Counted from the stretch's first letter, positions 23,670-32,483 are shown. The stretch is 50,805 bases of DNA from Candidatus Kaiserbacteria bacterium (GCA_019247335.1 JAFAPB010000070.1:1-50805), one strand, 5' to 3'. The notes: generated from the sequence alone by a model not told the origin. Numbers and translations are program-made.

Positions 23670-25301
23670 ATGGCCCGAACGGATGATCCAAAACCTTTGG
23701 CTGATCGCTTGCGCGCGATCGGCATGCCGAGCGATATCATCGTGAATCGGCTCGTGCTCGAAGGCTGGAGCGAGGATGCGGCGCGCGCCGCGCTCGGCAC
23801 CGCGGGCGCGCCGGCGCCGCTGGCACCGCAAATCGCGACGCCAAGCTCCGCAGAATCGCCTGCACCGATCACCGCAGCCCCCACAGCGGAAGTATCAGCG
23901 TCCCCCATAGCTGCAAATGTCCGTACCGCGCCCATGGCGACCGGTCGCGGCGTCTCCTACCGCACGTTGAGCGGGATATTGCTCGTCCTCGTCGCGCTCG
24001 GCGTGTCTGCGTATTTCTATATCGCGCCACCGCGTGTGTATTCGATCTCAATTCCCGGAATGGAGGCCAGTTCGACGCTGCCTCTGCAGTACGGCGCGCT
24101 TCCGGCGCTCTCGGACCCTGATTATTACGCGAGCGTCAAAGCGAACATGATCAAAAGCGCGGCATCGTTCATCGATGCGAATCTCGAGACCATGCAGCTG
24201 AATGTATATGTGAATGGCACGTCGACCCTCACGGTCCCGATCCTCGCGAAGGGCAAAGTCGGATCGTGGTGGGAGACCCCAGCGGGCATTTATTCCATCC
24301 AGACCAAAGAGACGAATCATCTCTCCTCGATCGGCGATGTGTATATGCCGTACAGCATGGATTTTCAAGGCAACTTTTTCATCCATGGCTGGCCATATTA
24401 TCCGGACGGGACGCCCGTCTCGACCTCGTATTCCGGCGGCTGCATCAGACTTTCGACGGACGACGCGAAAAAAGTGTTCGATATAGCGAAAGTCGGGATG
24501 CCGGTCGTCGTTTACAACAGCGCGGCCGTCGGCGATGATTTTGACTATCAGCTCAAGGCGCCGTCGATCTCGGCGCAGGATTATCTCGTCGCCGACCTCG
24601 CGAACGGCACCGTCCTCGTAAGCCAGAATGCCTCGTCGACGGCGCCGATCGCGTCGGTCACGAAGCTCATCACCGCGCTCGTCGCGACCGAGTACATCAA
24701 TCTCGACAAAGAGATCACCGTACCGTCATCCGCGATCGTGTATACCTCGGTGCCGCGATTGCGCGCCGGAAGCTTGGTCAAAGCGTACGACCTCCTCTTT
24801 TTGCTCTTGCAGGAGTCATCCAACGAAGCCGCGGAGACGCTCGCGGCGGAAAAGGGCCGCGCGCAGTTCGTCAGCTACATGAATCAAAAGGCGAAGGCGA
24901 TCGGGCTTACGAATACCGTGTTCACCGATCCGTCGGGCGCGAAAGCCGATGTCTCCACGCCGGAGGATCTCTTCAAGCTGCTCAAATATATCTATGCGAA
25001 CCGCCGCTTCGTCTTCGGTATCACGACGGGGGAGATTACCGATTCCGCGTACGGCGCGCCGTCGTTCAAGAACATCCAGAATTTCAACCAGATCAAGGGT
25101 GCAAGCGCGAAACTTATCGGCGGCAAGGTGGGGCAGACGACCGAAGCGGGCGAGACGTATGCGGGCATTTTCCAGGTTGATGTCGGCGGCGTGCCGCGCG
25201 ATATCGCGGTTATCGTGCTCGGCTCGCATGATTCGCCGTCGGACGTCGCGAAGCTGCTGAACTTCGTCCATAGCCAGTACGCGCCCGCGCAGAGTCCGTA
25301 A
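23670..25301 (+). CDS. Fusion protein: YkuD-type L,D-transpeptidase domain + serine-type D-Ala-D-Ala carboxypeptidase (S11/PBP5-like) domain
   Basis: YkuD motif: HGWPYYPDGTPVSTSYSGGCIRLS. S11 motifs: SVTK (SxxK), SSN (SxN), GGKVGQT (KTG-like). N-terminal cytoplasmic segment plus a TM helix. Confidence 0.75.
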   Translation: MARTDDPKPLADRLRAIGMPSDIIVNRLVLEGWSEDAARAALGTAGAPAPLAPQIATPSSAESPAPITAAPTAEVSASPIAANVRTAPMATGRGVSYRTLSGILLVLVALGVSAYFYIAPPRVYSISIPGMEASSTLPLQYGALPALSDPDYYASVKANMIKSAASFIDANLETMQLNVYVNGTSTLTVPILAKGKVGSWWETPAGIYSIQTKETNHLSSIGDVYMPYSMDFQGNFFIHGWPYYPDGTPVSTSYSGGCIRLSTDDAKKVFDIAKVGMPVVVYNSAAVGDDFDYQLKAPSISAQDYLVADLANGTVLVSQNASSTAPIASVTKLITALVATEYINLDKEITVPSSAIVYTSVPRLRAGSLVKAYDLLFLLLQESSNEAAETLAAEKGRAQFVSYMNQKAKAIGLTNTVFTDPSGAKADVSTPEDLFKLLKYIYANRRFVFGITTGEITDSAYGAPSFKNIQNFNQIKGASAKLIGGKVGQTTEAGETYAGIFQVDVGGVPRDIAVIVLGSHDSPSDVAKLLNFVHSQYAPAQSP

Positions 25302-25333
25302 ATAAAAAGGGCGACCTTTGCTATACTTCGAGT

Positions 25334-27250
25334 ATGTCAGATCACGCCCATCACGAAGGACATCACGGAGGGAAGATCCATCCCGATCATCACGACGACG
25401 ATCGACGCATCACCTATTTCGCGACGACCCACACGCGCGGGAAGCGCGAGATGTTCGGCATCCGCGCCATCGATCGCGGCAAACACGTCTACGTGATCGG
25501 CAAGACCGGTATGGGTAAATCGACCATGCTCGAGAACATGGCGATCCAGGATATCCAGAACGGCGAAGGCATCGCATTCATCGATCCGCACGGATCGACG
25601 GCGGAGAAGCTGCTCGATTTCATCCCGCAGAGCCGCATCAAAGACGTCGTCTACTTCGCGCCGTTCGACACTGACTTTCCGCTCGGCTTCAACGTCATGG
25701 AGGATGTGGGCTATGACAAGCGGCACCTCGTCGTCTCGGGCCTCATGGGCGCCTTAAAACGCATCTGGGTCGACGCGTGGTCAGCGCGTATGGAATACAT
25801 TCTGCAGAACACGCTCCTCGCCTTGCTCGAGTACCCGGATTCCACGCTTCTCGACGTCAACCGCATGCTCACCAACAAGACCTTCAGGAACGCGGTCATC
25901 GAGAAAATCACCGACCCGATCGTGAAAGCGTTTTGGGTGGAAGAGTTCGCGGGCTTCACCGATACGTACACGAGAGAGGCGACGCCGGCGATCCAAAACA
26001 AGATCGGCCAATTCACCGCGAATCCGTTGATCCGCAACATCGTGGGGCAGGCGCATTCGTCATTCGATCTGCGCAAGATCATGGACGAAAAGAAGATTTT
26101 CATCGTCAATCTCTCCAAGGGCCGGATGGGCGAGACCAATGCGAGCCTGCTCGGCTCCATGCTCACGGTGAAGATCTACCTCGCCGCTATGTCGCGCGCC
26201 GACGAGCCTGCGGCGCGCATCGCGCGGCTGCCGCGCTTCTACTTCTACGTCGACGAATTCCAGTCGATGATGAACGAGGCGTTTGCCGATATTCTCTCTG
26301 AATCGCGCAAATACAAGCTCGCGCTCACGCTCGCGAACCAATACATCGAGCAGATGGAAGAAGAGGTCCGCGATGCGGTTTTCGGCAACGTCGGCACGCT
26401 CATCGTCTTCCGCGTCGGTCCTTTTGATGCCGAAGTTCTCGAGACGGTTTTCAAGCCGACATTTTTGCCGGAGGACCTTGTCGGCTTGGGCTTGGGACAG
26501 ATCTATCTCACGCTCATGATCGACGGGGTCGGATCCGCGCCGTTTTCCGCTGAAACTATCCCTCCGATCGAAGCGCCCGCGATCTCATACCGCGACGACG
26601 TGGTCGAATCCTCACGCGCGCAGTATGGCCGCATCCGCGCCGAAGTCGAATCAGCGATCAATAGCAAGCAACTCGAATTCGTGCCGCCGCCTAAGGAGAA
26701 AAAAGAGCGGCGCGACGGGCCGCGCGGCGGTGTGCGCGATCAGGGAACGGAGCCGCGCTCGCTCCTCGCCGGCATCGTGAAGCGCGAAGAGCCGCGCCCG
26801 GCAGCACCACCCGTGCGCGAGCCGCAGCCGCAATCGCAACAGCATGCGGCCCCTCGCCGGCAGGAAGCGCCGCGCCCGAACGAAGCCGTCGCACGCAATT
26901 CGCTCAAAGAGGCGATCGAGCGAGCGCGCGCCGAGAGCGCCGGGTCTGCAGCTCCAGCCGCGCCATCAAAATCCCCGTTGGAAGTACTCCGCGATCGCCG
27001 CGAGCAAAAAGAAGCGCGCGCGGGAGGGGAGAAGCCCAACCAGAACCGAGAGCCGCGCCGGGAGGAGCCGCGCCAAGCGCAGCCGAAGCGGGAAGAATCG
27101 CGTAAAGAAGAGCCGAAGCGCGAGGAGCGCAAGGAAGAACCCCGTCCGCAGTTGAAGGAAATCCAGCAGGATCACGCGCACGCCGAGGTCTCTCACCGCA
27201 CGCTTCAAGAAGTGCTCAACGGCCACAAGCGCGACTACGACGACCTATAG
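25334..27250 (+). CDS. TraD/VirD4/HerA-like P-loop ATPase (type IV coupling-protein-like) with His-rich N-terminus and long charged C-terminal tail
   Basis: Walker A VIGKTGMGKST. FYVDEF (Walker B-like). ...LTLANQY... The N-terminus is MSDHAHHEGHHGGKIHPDHHDDD. The C-terminal ~190 aa are Arg/Glu/Lys/Pro-rich low complexity. Confidence 0.7.
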   Translation: MSDHAHHEGHHGGKIHPDHHDDDRRITYFATTHTRGKREMFGIRAIDRGKHVYVIGKTGMGKSTMLENMAIQDIQNGEGIAFIDPHGSTAEKLLDFIPQSRIKDVVYFAPFDTDFPLGFNVMEDVGYDKRHLVVSGLMGALKRIWVDAWSARMEYILQNTLLALLEYPDSTLLDVNRMLTNKTFRNAVIEKITDPIVKAFWVEEFAGFTDTYTREATPAIQNKIGQFTANPLIRNIVGQAHSSFDLRKIMDEKKIFIVNLSKGRMGETNASLLGSMLTVKIYLAAMSRADEPAARIARLPRFYFYVDEFQSMMNEAFADILSESRKYKLALTLANQYIEQMEEEVRDAVFGNVGTLIVFRVGPFDAEVLETVFKPTFLPEDLVGLGLGQIYLTLMIDGVGSAPFSAETIPPIEAPAISYRDDVVESSRAQYGRIRAEVESAINSKQLEFVPPPKEKKERRDGPRGGVRDQGTEPRSLLAGIVKREEPRPAAPPVREPQPQSQQHAAPRRQEAPRPNEAVARNSLKEAIERARAESAGSAAPAAPSKSPLEVLRDRREQKEARAGGEKPNQNREPRREEPRQAQPKREESRKEEPKREERKEEPRPQLKEIQQDHAHAEVSHRTLQEVLNGHKRDYDDL

Positions 27251-27667
27251 TTATCCACATCGCTGGTCGCTGGGCTTTCTGCCCAAATATGCATAATGAA
27301 AAGACCTGCCATTTCACGATGATAGGATTAGTCGCTAGCCTCGCATTCTATGCTAGGAGGGTGGCTTCGATCTGCCTTGAATCGCTAGGACAAGACTAGC
27401 CCTAGATACCGTAGGCGATCATTCGTAAGGCGGTACGGTGACCCGAAGTTGAGTACGGGATTGCGGGAAAATCAAACCGATAGTCCCTATCTTTCAAAAG
27501 GAGATTAGTCATCAAGTGGAGGAAGGTTGTAACGAAGCATTCGGTTCTTAACGCCCCAAAAGGAGACCCCTGCAGCGATGCAGGGGTTTCTCCATTCACG
27601 ATGACTATGTTCGAACTCCATAATTATAAGAGAGCTTTATGACATCGAGATTAATTAATGTGGATAA
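27251..27667. repeat. Inverted 10-bp repeat TTATCCACAT (27251..27260) / ATGTGGATAA (27658..27667), each containing a perfect consensus DnaA-box 9-mer and bracketing an AT-rich non-coding segment
   Basis: Exact strings were read from the sequence. Inside the segment are the direct repeat CCATTTCACGATGA (27309..27322) / CCATTCACGATGA (27592..27604), two copies of GATTAGTC, and a 12-13-bp GNRA-loop hairpin at 27563..27590. Confidence 0.5.
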
Positions 27668-27670
27668 TAC

Positions 27671-28851
27671 GGCTCGGTGAGCGCTCGCTGTCGCCTTTTG
27701 TAATTAGATGCGAATTCTATCGGGGAACATTATGCTCAATGCCGCCATGATCTCACCCCAATTATGAATCGGATGAATCCATTTCTCGGTAATTGCAACT
27801 TGAGCTAGCCACAATAACTTAAGTACGGCTTCGTCATGCGGGAATACGATCGTAGTTTTCGTTACTCTTCGAAATTGTCGGTTGAGATTCTCAATTGCAT
27901 TTGTGCTGTAGATCAATTTTCGTATCGCGCTGGGGTATTCGAAGAACGTGTTCAGTTCTTGCCAGCGATCCTCCCAACTCTTCAGGTAAGGTCGATACTG
28001 TGGCCATTTCCGTATCACTTCATTGAGTGCTTCGATGCCTGACTCTTCAGTTGGCGCCGCGTAAATTTCTCTCAAATCCTCACAAAACTCCTTGCGATGT
28101 TTTGTCGGAACAAACATCATAGTGTGTCGAATTTGATGAATAATACAGACTTGAATCTGAGCCAATGGGTAGATGTTCTTAATCGCTTCAGGGAATCCTT
28201 TTAGCCCATCAACGCAAACTATTAACGCGTCTTCAGTGCCACGATTCTTAATCTCATTTAGCACGCCCATCCAGAACTTAGAACTTTCCGAATCGCTAAC
28301 CCAAAAGCCGAGCAGTTCTTTTTGTCCGGTTATTGTCACGCCCATTGCCACATAAGCGACCCTGGCTGCGACTCTTCCTGCTTCCCGCACGTTGAAGCGC
28401 AAACCATCTAAGAAGATTATTGCGTACGTTGTCGGTAAGACTCGCGACTGCCACTCTTTTATTAACGGAAAGACCTTATCCGTTATTGACGATACAGACG
28501 ACGGGGAAACCTCAACGCTACGCTGTGAGCGCATGTGGTTTGAGATTTCACGGGTTGAGAGGCCTTTGGCATACAGATCAATGATAATCGCCTCATTATC
28601 ATTTGTGACAATGTCTTGCCACGCTCTTGGTAATACAATCGGCTTTTCAGCGGTCTCGGTTTTCGATGCCTCTTCCTCTTCGAGATTCTGAACAGCTACT
28701 CTCTCGCCCGCCTCTCTTTCTGCTAACGCTCGCTCTGCAGCTTCGCGGGCTTTCAGTTGACCAATAAAGTCCATATCCTCCCATCCTCTAGATATCCCAT
28801 TAGTTTTCATATGCTTATTTTGTTAATGCAACATTCGAAGCGCTCCCGGCC
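27671..28851 (-). mobile_element. IS256-family insertion sequence (boundaries approximate)
   Basis: The transposase ORF is flanked by imperfect inverted repeats: GGCTCGGTGAGCGCTCG... (27671..) versus the reverse complement GGCCGGGAGCGCTTCG... (..28851). The segment is visibly lower in GC than its flanks. I found no clear target-site duplication. Confidence 0.65.
27704..28810 (-). CDS. IS256-family (Mutator-like) DDE transposase
   Basis: 368 aa with family-typical segments: ...VCVDGLKGFPEAIKNIYPLAQIQVCIIHQIRH..., ...YSTNAIENLNRQFRRVTKT... Confidence 0.9.
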   Translation of the reverse strand: MKTNGISRGWEDMDFIGQLKAREAAERALAEREAGERVAVQNLEEEEASKTETAEKPIVLPRAWQDIVTNDNEAIIIDLYAKGLSTREISNHMRSQRSVEVSPSSVSSITDKVFPLIKEWQSRVLPTTYAIIFLDGLRFNVREAGRVAARVAYVAMGVTITGQKELLGFWVSDSESSKFWMGVLNEIKNRGTEDALIVCVDGLKGFPEAIKNIYPLAQIQVCIIHQIRHTMMFVPTKHRKEFCEDLREIYAAPTEESGIEALNEVIRKWPQYRPYLKSWEDRWQELNTFFEYPSAIRKLIYSTNAIENLNRQFRRVTKTTIVFPHDEAVLKLLWLAQVAITEKWIHPIHNWGEIMAALSIMFPDRIRI

Positions 28852-28930
28852 GCGCGCTTAAGCATTTCAAAGACGAATGAAAATCCGTTGAGGACTCGCT
28901 TCACGCCAAAGTAAGATGTAAGGTAGTGTC

Positions 28931-29800
28931 ATGGCAAAGGAAACGGTGATCGTGACCGGAGGAGCGGGATTGATCGGTTCGCATTTGATCGAGCTTCTCC
29001 TTGAGAAATATCGCGTCATCTCGCTCGACAACTACTTCATCGGCAAAGAGTCGAGCCACATCGAGGGCGCGGAATATATCGAGGGGCATACGAAAGATAT
29101 CGAGCAACTTTTGGGAAATGAGAAGCCGGTCATTATTTTCCATCTCGGTGAATACTCGCGTGTCGAGCAGAGTTTTAACGATGTCGAGCTCATCTGGGAT
29201 TTGAATGTGCACGGCACCTTCCGCGTGCTCGAGTACTGGCGAAAACGCGGCTGCAGGCTCGTCTACGCGGGATCCTCGACCAAGTTCGCCGACGACGGCC
29301 TCGGGCGCGATCAGTCGCCCTACGCATGGATGAAGGCGACCAACACCGAGCTCGTGCAGAATTACGGGACCTGGTTCTCGCTGCCGTATGCGATCACGTA
29401 TTTCTATAACAATTACGGACCGCGCGAACTTTCCGAAGGGCCGTACGCGTCCGTCATCGGCCGCTTCAAGGAGCAGTACCGCAAAGGAGAGCCGATTACG
29501 GTAACTTCGCCTGGATCGCAGGAGCGCATGTTTACGTATGTGAAAGACACCGCGCGGGCACTGCTTATGGTCGGCGAGAAAGGGCAGGGTGACGGCTATG
29601 CGATCGGGAGCGGCGAGAAAATCTCCATCCTCGAGCTCGCGAAGCTCTTCAGCGACAACATCACGATGCTTCCCGAGCGCAAAGGCAACCGCATGCTCTC
29701 GGCGATCGACACGTCGAAGATCGAAAAAGAGTTCGGCTGGAAGCCGGAAATGAATGTCCGCAAATACGTCGAGATGCTCAAGAGTTGCAAAACGCAGTGA
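28931..29800 (+). CDS. NAD-dependent epimerase/dehydratase (extended SDR; UDP-sugar 4-epimerase/decarboxylase-like)
   Basis: VIVTGGAGLIGSHLIELLL...; the YxxxK region SPYAWMKAT; 289 aa. Confidence 0.85.
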   Translation: MAKETVIVTGGAGLIGSHLIELLLEKYRVISLDNYFIGKESSHIEGAEYIEGHTKDIEQLLGNEKPVIIFHLGEYSRVEQSFNDVELIWDLNVHGTFRVLEYWRKRGCRLVYAGSSTKFADDGLGRDQSPYAWMKATNTELVQNYGTWFSLPYAITYFYNNYGPRELSEGPYASVIGRFKEQYRKGEPITVTSPGSQERMFTYVKDTARALLMVGEKGQGDGYAIGSGEKISILELAKLFSDNITMLPERKGNRMLSAIDTSKIEKEFGWKPEMNVRKYVEMLKSCKTQ

Positions 29801-29828
29801 TTGCTTTTCTATAAGAATGTGTTATAAT
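29801..29828 (+). promoter_or_regulatory. Sigma70-type promoter with extended -10 (TTGCTT-16 nt-TGtTATAAT)
   Basis: Read directly from the sequence. It lies ~35 nt upstream of the 29864 ATG. Confidence 0.55.
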
Positions 29829-29863
29829 CAGGATAGTGCAATCAACGGACGAGGGGGCCGATA

Positions 29864-30550
29864 ATGGCTATTCTCACTGCTGTTCATGTCAGCGGCTATT
29901 CGCTCGCTGAACTCCGGGCATTCGCGCCCAAAGTGAAAGACAAATCGGGAGCACCGAAGCAGGCGCTCTACGACGACTGGCAGCGCGTTATGTGGGGCGG
30001 TGTCAACCTGCCCGGCCGTATCCCGATGGGCATCTACATGGCGCACCATACGGGCGCTCGCAAACTGATCTGGTCGACCGGCGCAAGCTGGGTCGACGGC
30101 ATGAGCGAGGCCGAGTACACCATGTTCGAAGCGATCGGCGCATACGAGCTGCTCCGCAAAAATTTCCCGGCATTCTTCGGCGCGGGTTTCTTCAAGACGG
30201 ACGGCGACTACAGGATGTGGATCCAGGGCATCTCCGTCGCCGAGCAGGAAAGCCGCAATACCGCGGAGTCGTTCCAGTACGCGGTGCCGATCATCGACGA
30301 ACTCGTCGGCGAACGCCTCGGCGAGCTCATCGTGGTCACTTCGGAAAACCACATCGAGCGGACGATGCGTGACGCGATTAGCGTCATGCGCCACGGGAAG
30401 CTGCCGCGCTCACCGACGGTCTTCGACGAGGTGCCGGCCGCGAAGAGCAAGCAGCTGATCATCTCCGGTACGGGCAGCTTTACAGGCTATGCGGGGCTCA
30501 CGGCGTCGGAAACGTACGTGCGCGATCTCGGTCAGCCGACGATGATCTGA
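29864..30550 (+). CDS. DUF218/YdcF (ElyC/SanA)-like protein
   Basis: IVVTSENHIERTMRDA resembles the DUF218 VTSxxHxxR motif. The assignment rests on this motif and the protein's size only. Confidence 0.5.
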   Translation: MAILTAVHVSGYSLAELRAFAPKVKDKSGAPKQALYDDWQRVMWGGVNLPGRIPMGIYMAHHTGARKLIWSTGASWVDGMSEAEYTMFEAIGAYELLRKNFPAFFGAGFFKTDGDYRMWIQGISVAEQESRNTAESFQYAVPIIDELVGERLGELIVVTSENHIERTMRDAISVMRHGKLPRSPTVFDEVPAAKSKQLIISGTGSFTGYAGLTASETYVRDLGQPTMI

Positions 30551-30574
30551 TCGGTCGTTCCGATCCTTGTGAAG

Positions 30575-30610
30575 TGCCGCGGGCCTTGCGCTCGCGGCGC
30601 TTTTATTTTT
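30575..30610 (+). terminator. Intrinsic terminator
   Basis: GTGCCGCG - loop - CGCGGCGC followed by TTTTATTTTT. Confidence 0.75.
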
Positions 30611-30637
30611 GACGCACTTCGTGCGTCGCGTTAGGGT
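30609..30637 (+). promoter_or_regulatory. Putative promoter TTGACG-17 nt-TAGGGT, with a perfect palindrome GACGCAC-TTC-GTGCGTC (30611..30627) in the spacer (possible operator)
   Basis: Read directly. The downstream gene has GGAGG 6 nt before its ATG. Confidence 0.4.
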
Positions 30638-30666
30638 AATCGGAGCAACGGATCGAGGAGGTCCGC

Positions 30667-31119
30667 ATGGAAGCAATCCTGTATACGATCGGGCTGATCG
30701 CATGCGCCGGCGGCGCCTGTTGGCTACTCCACTATGTTCGTGAAGTACGACCGATCAAAAGAAAATGCCTGCATCTCGAAGAAATGTGCGTCAACAAGAT
30801 CATCAGCCGTATCACCTGGATCACCGGCGACATCTCACGAAACTGCCCGGACATGATTCTCGTCGAGGGCGGACAATGGCTCTTCGAGCCGTTCATTGAT
30901 CCGTCCGTATCGCAGACGCACGGTGAAGTCCCGCCGGTCGTTCAGAAATTCTTTGCGGAGATGATGCCGCACAAGGATAAGGCGCTGAAGGTACTTGAAA
31001 TGTACCGCAAGCGCGCTACCGGCATCATGCTGACGCGAGTCGATGTTGGCGGGTCGACATCGTTCGTGGGCTACCCGGTCAGCGCCCGCTCGCTCGCACC
31101 GACGAACCAGTCGCGGTGA
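30667..31119 (+). CDS. Hypothetical membrane-anchored protein (150 aa)
   Basis: N-terminal TM AILYTIGLIACAGGACWLL. GC3-rich frame. GGAGG upstream of the ATG. Confidence 0.5.
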   Translation: MEAILYTIGLIACAGGACWLLHYVREVRPIKRKCLHLEEMCVNKIISRITWITGDISRNCPDMILVEGGQWLFEPFIDPSVSQTHGEVPPVVQKFFAEMMPHKDKALKVLEMYRKRATGIMLTRVDVGGSTSFVGYPVSARSLAPTNQSR

Positions 31120-31190
31120 TCGATGGAAGTTCTTCTGCGGCGCGCGCCCTTCGGTCGCGCGCCCGCAATCTTTTATATATGATTCCTCGC

Positions 31191-32414
31191 ATGAAGCGCG
31201 TCCTTATATTCTCTCTCACGTATTTCCCGTACGTCGGCGGTGCGGAGGTCGCGATCAAAGAGATCACCGACCGCCTCGATCCACAGGAGTACTCGTTCGA
31301 TATGGTCACCTTGCGCTTTGATAAGGCGCTGCCGAAAGTCGAGAAGATCGGCAATGTTACGGTTTACCGCATCGGCCCCTCGATCGCCAACGCGAAGGTC
31401 TCGGATCGCGCGCTCCCGCTGCGGCTTCGCTTCGCGAAAATGCTTTTCCCGCTCTCCGGTTTTTTCAAAGCGTGGCGGCTTGATCTTAGGAACGTGTACG
31501 ACCTTTCGTGGGCGATGATGGCGAATCAGGCCGGATTCGCGGCACTTTTATTCGCTTGGACGCATCGAAAGACGCCGTACCTCCTGGAACTGCAGGATGG
31601 CCGACCGTTTGCTGAATTAAAGGACCGTCGTGCCGCACTGCGCCTTTTTTGGCCGCTCTATAAACGCGTCTACCTGCGCGCAAATATGATCAAAGCCATT
31701 TCGAATTTCATCGCGAGTGAAGCGCGATCGCTCGGTTATCAAAAGCCGGTCGAGGTCATCCCGAATGCGGTCGATGTCGCGCAATTCTCGATGCCGGTCG
31801 CGCAGGATAAGTTGATCGAGCTCAAGCAGCGGCTCGGCAAGAAAATGGGCGACGTATTCCTCTTTACGGCGTCGCGGCTCGTCCTCTCGCGCGGCGTCGA
31901 AGACGTAATTCGCGCGCTCGCATTGCTCCCGGAGAACGTGAAGTTGCTCATCGCCGGAAGCGGAGAGGATGAGACGAAGCTGCAGCGTATCGCGCACGAC
32001 GCCAATGTCGCGGAGCGCGTCATATTCGCGGGGCACATCGGACGCGAGGAGCTGCCGGCCTTCTATCAGGTCTCCGATATTTTTGTGCGGCCCTCGATCA
32101 TCGAAGGCTTCGGCATCTCGTTCGTCGAAGCGTTCGCCGCCGGGATTCCGGTCATTGCAACGCCTGTCGGCGGCATACCCGATTTCCTTTTTGACCCGGT
32201 AAAAAATACCGATAAAGAGCCGACGGGGCTTTTCTGCAATGTGCATGATTCGGAATCGATCGCGCGGGCAGTGACGCGCTATATGAATGATCCGGCGCTC
32301 GTCGCGCGGATGGTTTCAAATGCGAAGAAGCTGGTCGCGGAGAAGTATGACTGGAATATCGTCGCCGCGAACATGCGTACGCGCATCTTTGAACCGCTTA
32401 CGAGGAGGGGATAA
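31191..32414 (+). CDS. Glycosyltransferase family 4
   Basis: MKRVLIFSLTYFPYVGGAEVAIKEI... and C-terminal EGFGISFVEAFAAGIPVIATPVGGIPD. ATG lies 7 nt after TATGAT. Confidence 0.85.
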   Translation: MKRVLIFSLTYFPYVGGAEVAIKEITDRLDPQEYSFDMVTLRFDKALPKVEKIGNVTVYRIGPSIANAKVSDRALPLRLRFAKMLFPLSGFFKAWRLDLRNVYDLSWAMMANQAGFAALLFAWTHRKTPYLLELQDGRPFAELKDRRAALRLFWPLYKRVYLRANMIKAISNFIASEARSLGYQKPVEVIPNAVDVAQFSMPVAQDKLIELKQRLGKKMGDVFLFTASRLVLSRGVEDVIRALALLPENVKLLIAGSGEDETKLQRIAHDANVAERVIFAGHIGREELPAFYQVSDIFVRPSIIEGFGISFVEAFAAGIPVIATPVGGIPDFLFDPVKNTDKEPTGLFCNVHDSESIARAVTRYMNDPALVARMVSNAKKLVAEKYDWNIVAANMRTRIFEPLTRRG

Positions 32415-32483
32415 CTCGATTAGGAGCTTTGCTCGCTCGGGTGTTTGCTTCAGAGAGCGAAATCACTGTGAGGGTCACAAGTC

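Noticed and set aside
27402-27599. 65-aa minus-strand ORF in the AT-rich non-coding segment
   Set aside because: It starts inside the long GNRA hairpin, has no host-like codon bias, and I recognise no motif in it.
27251-27667. Calling this segment the chromosomal replication origin (oriC)
   Set aside because: There are only two perfect DnaA boxes. I found no cluster of additional near-consensus boxes, no obvious AT-rich 13-mer unwinding element, and no dnaA/dnaN nearby. I kept it as an open finding rather than a feature call.
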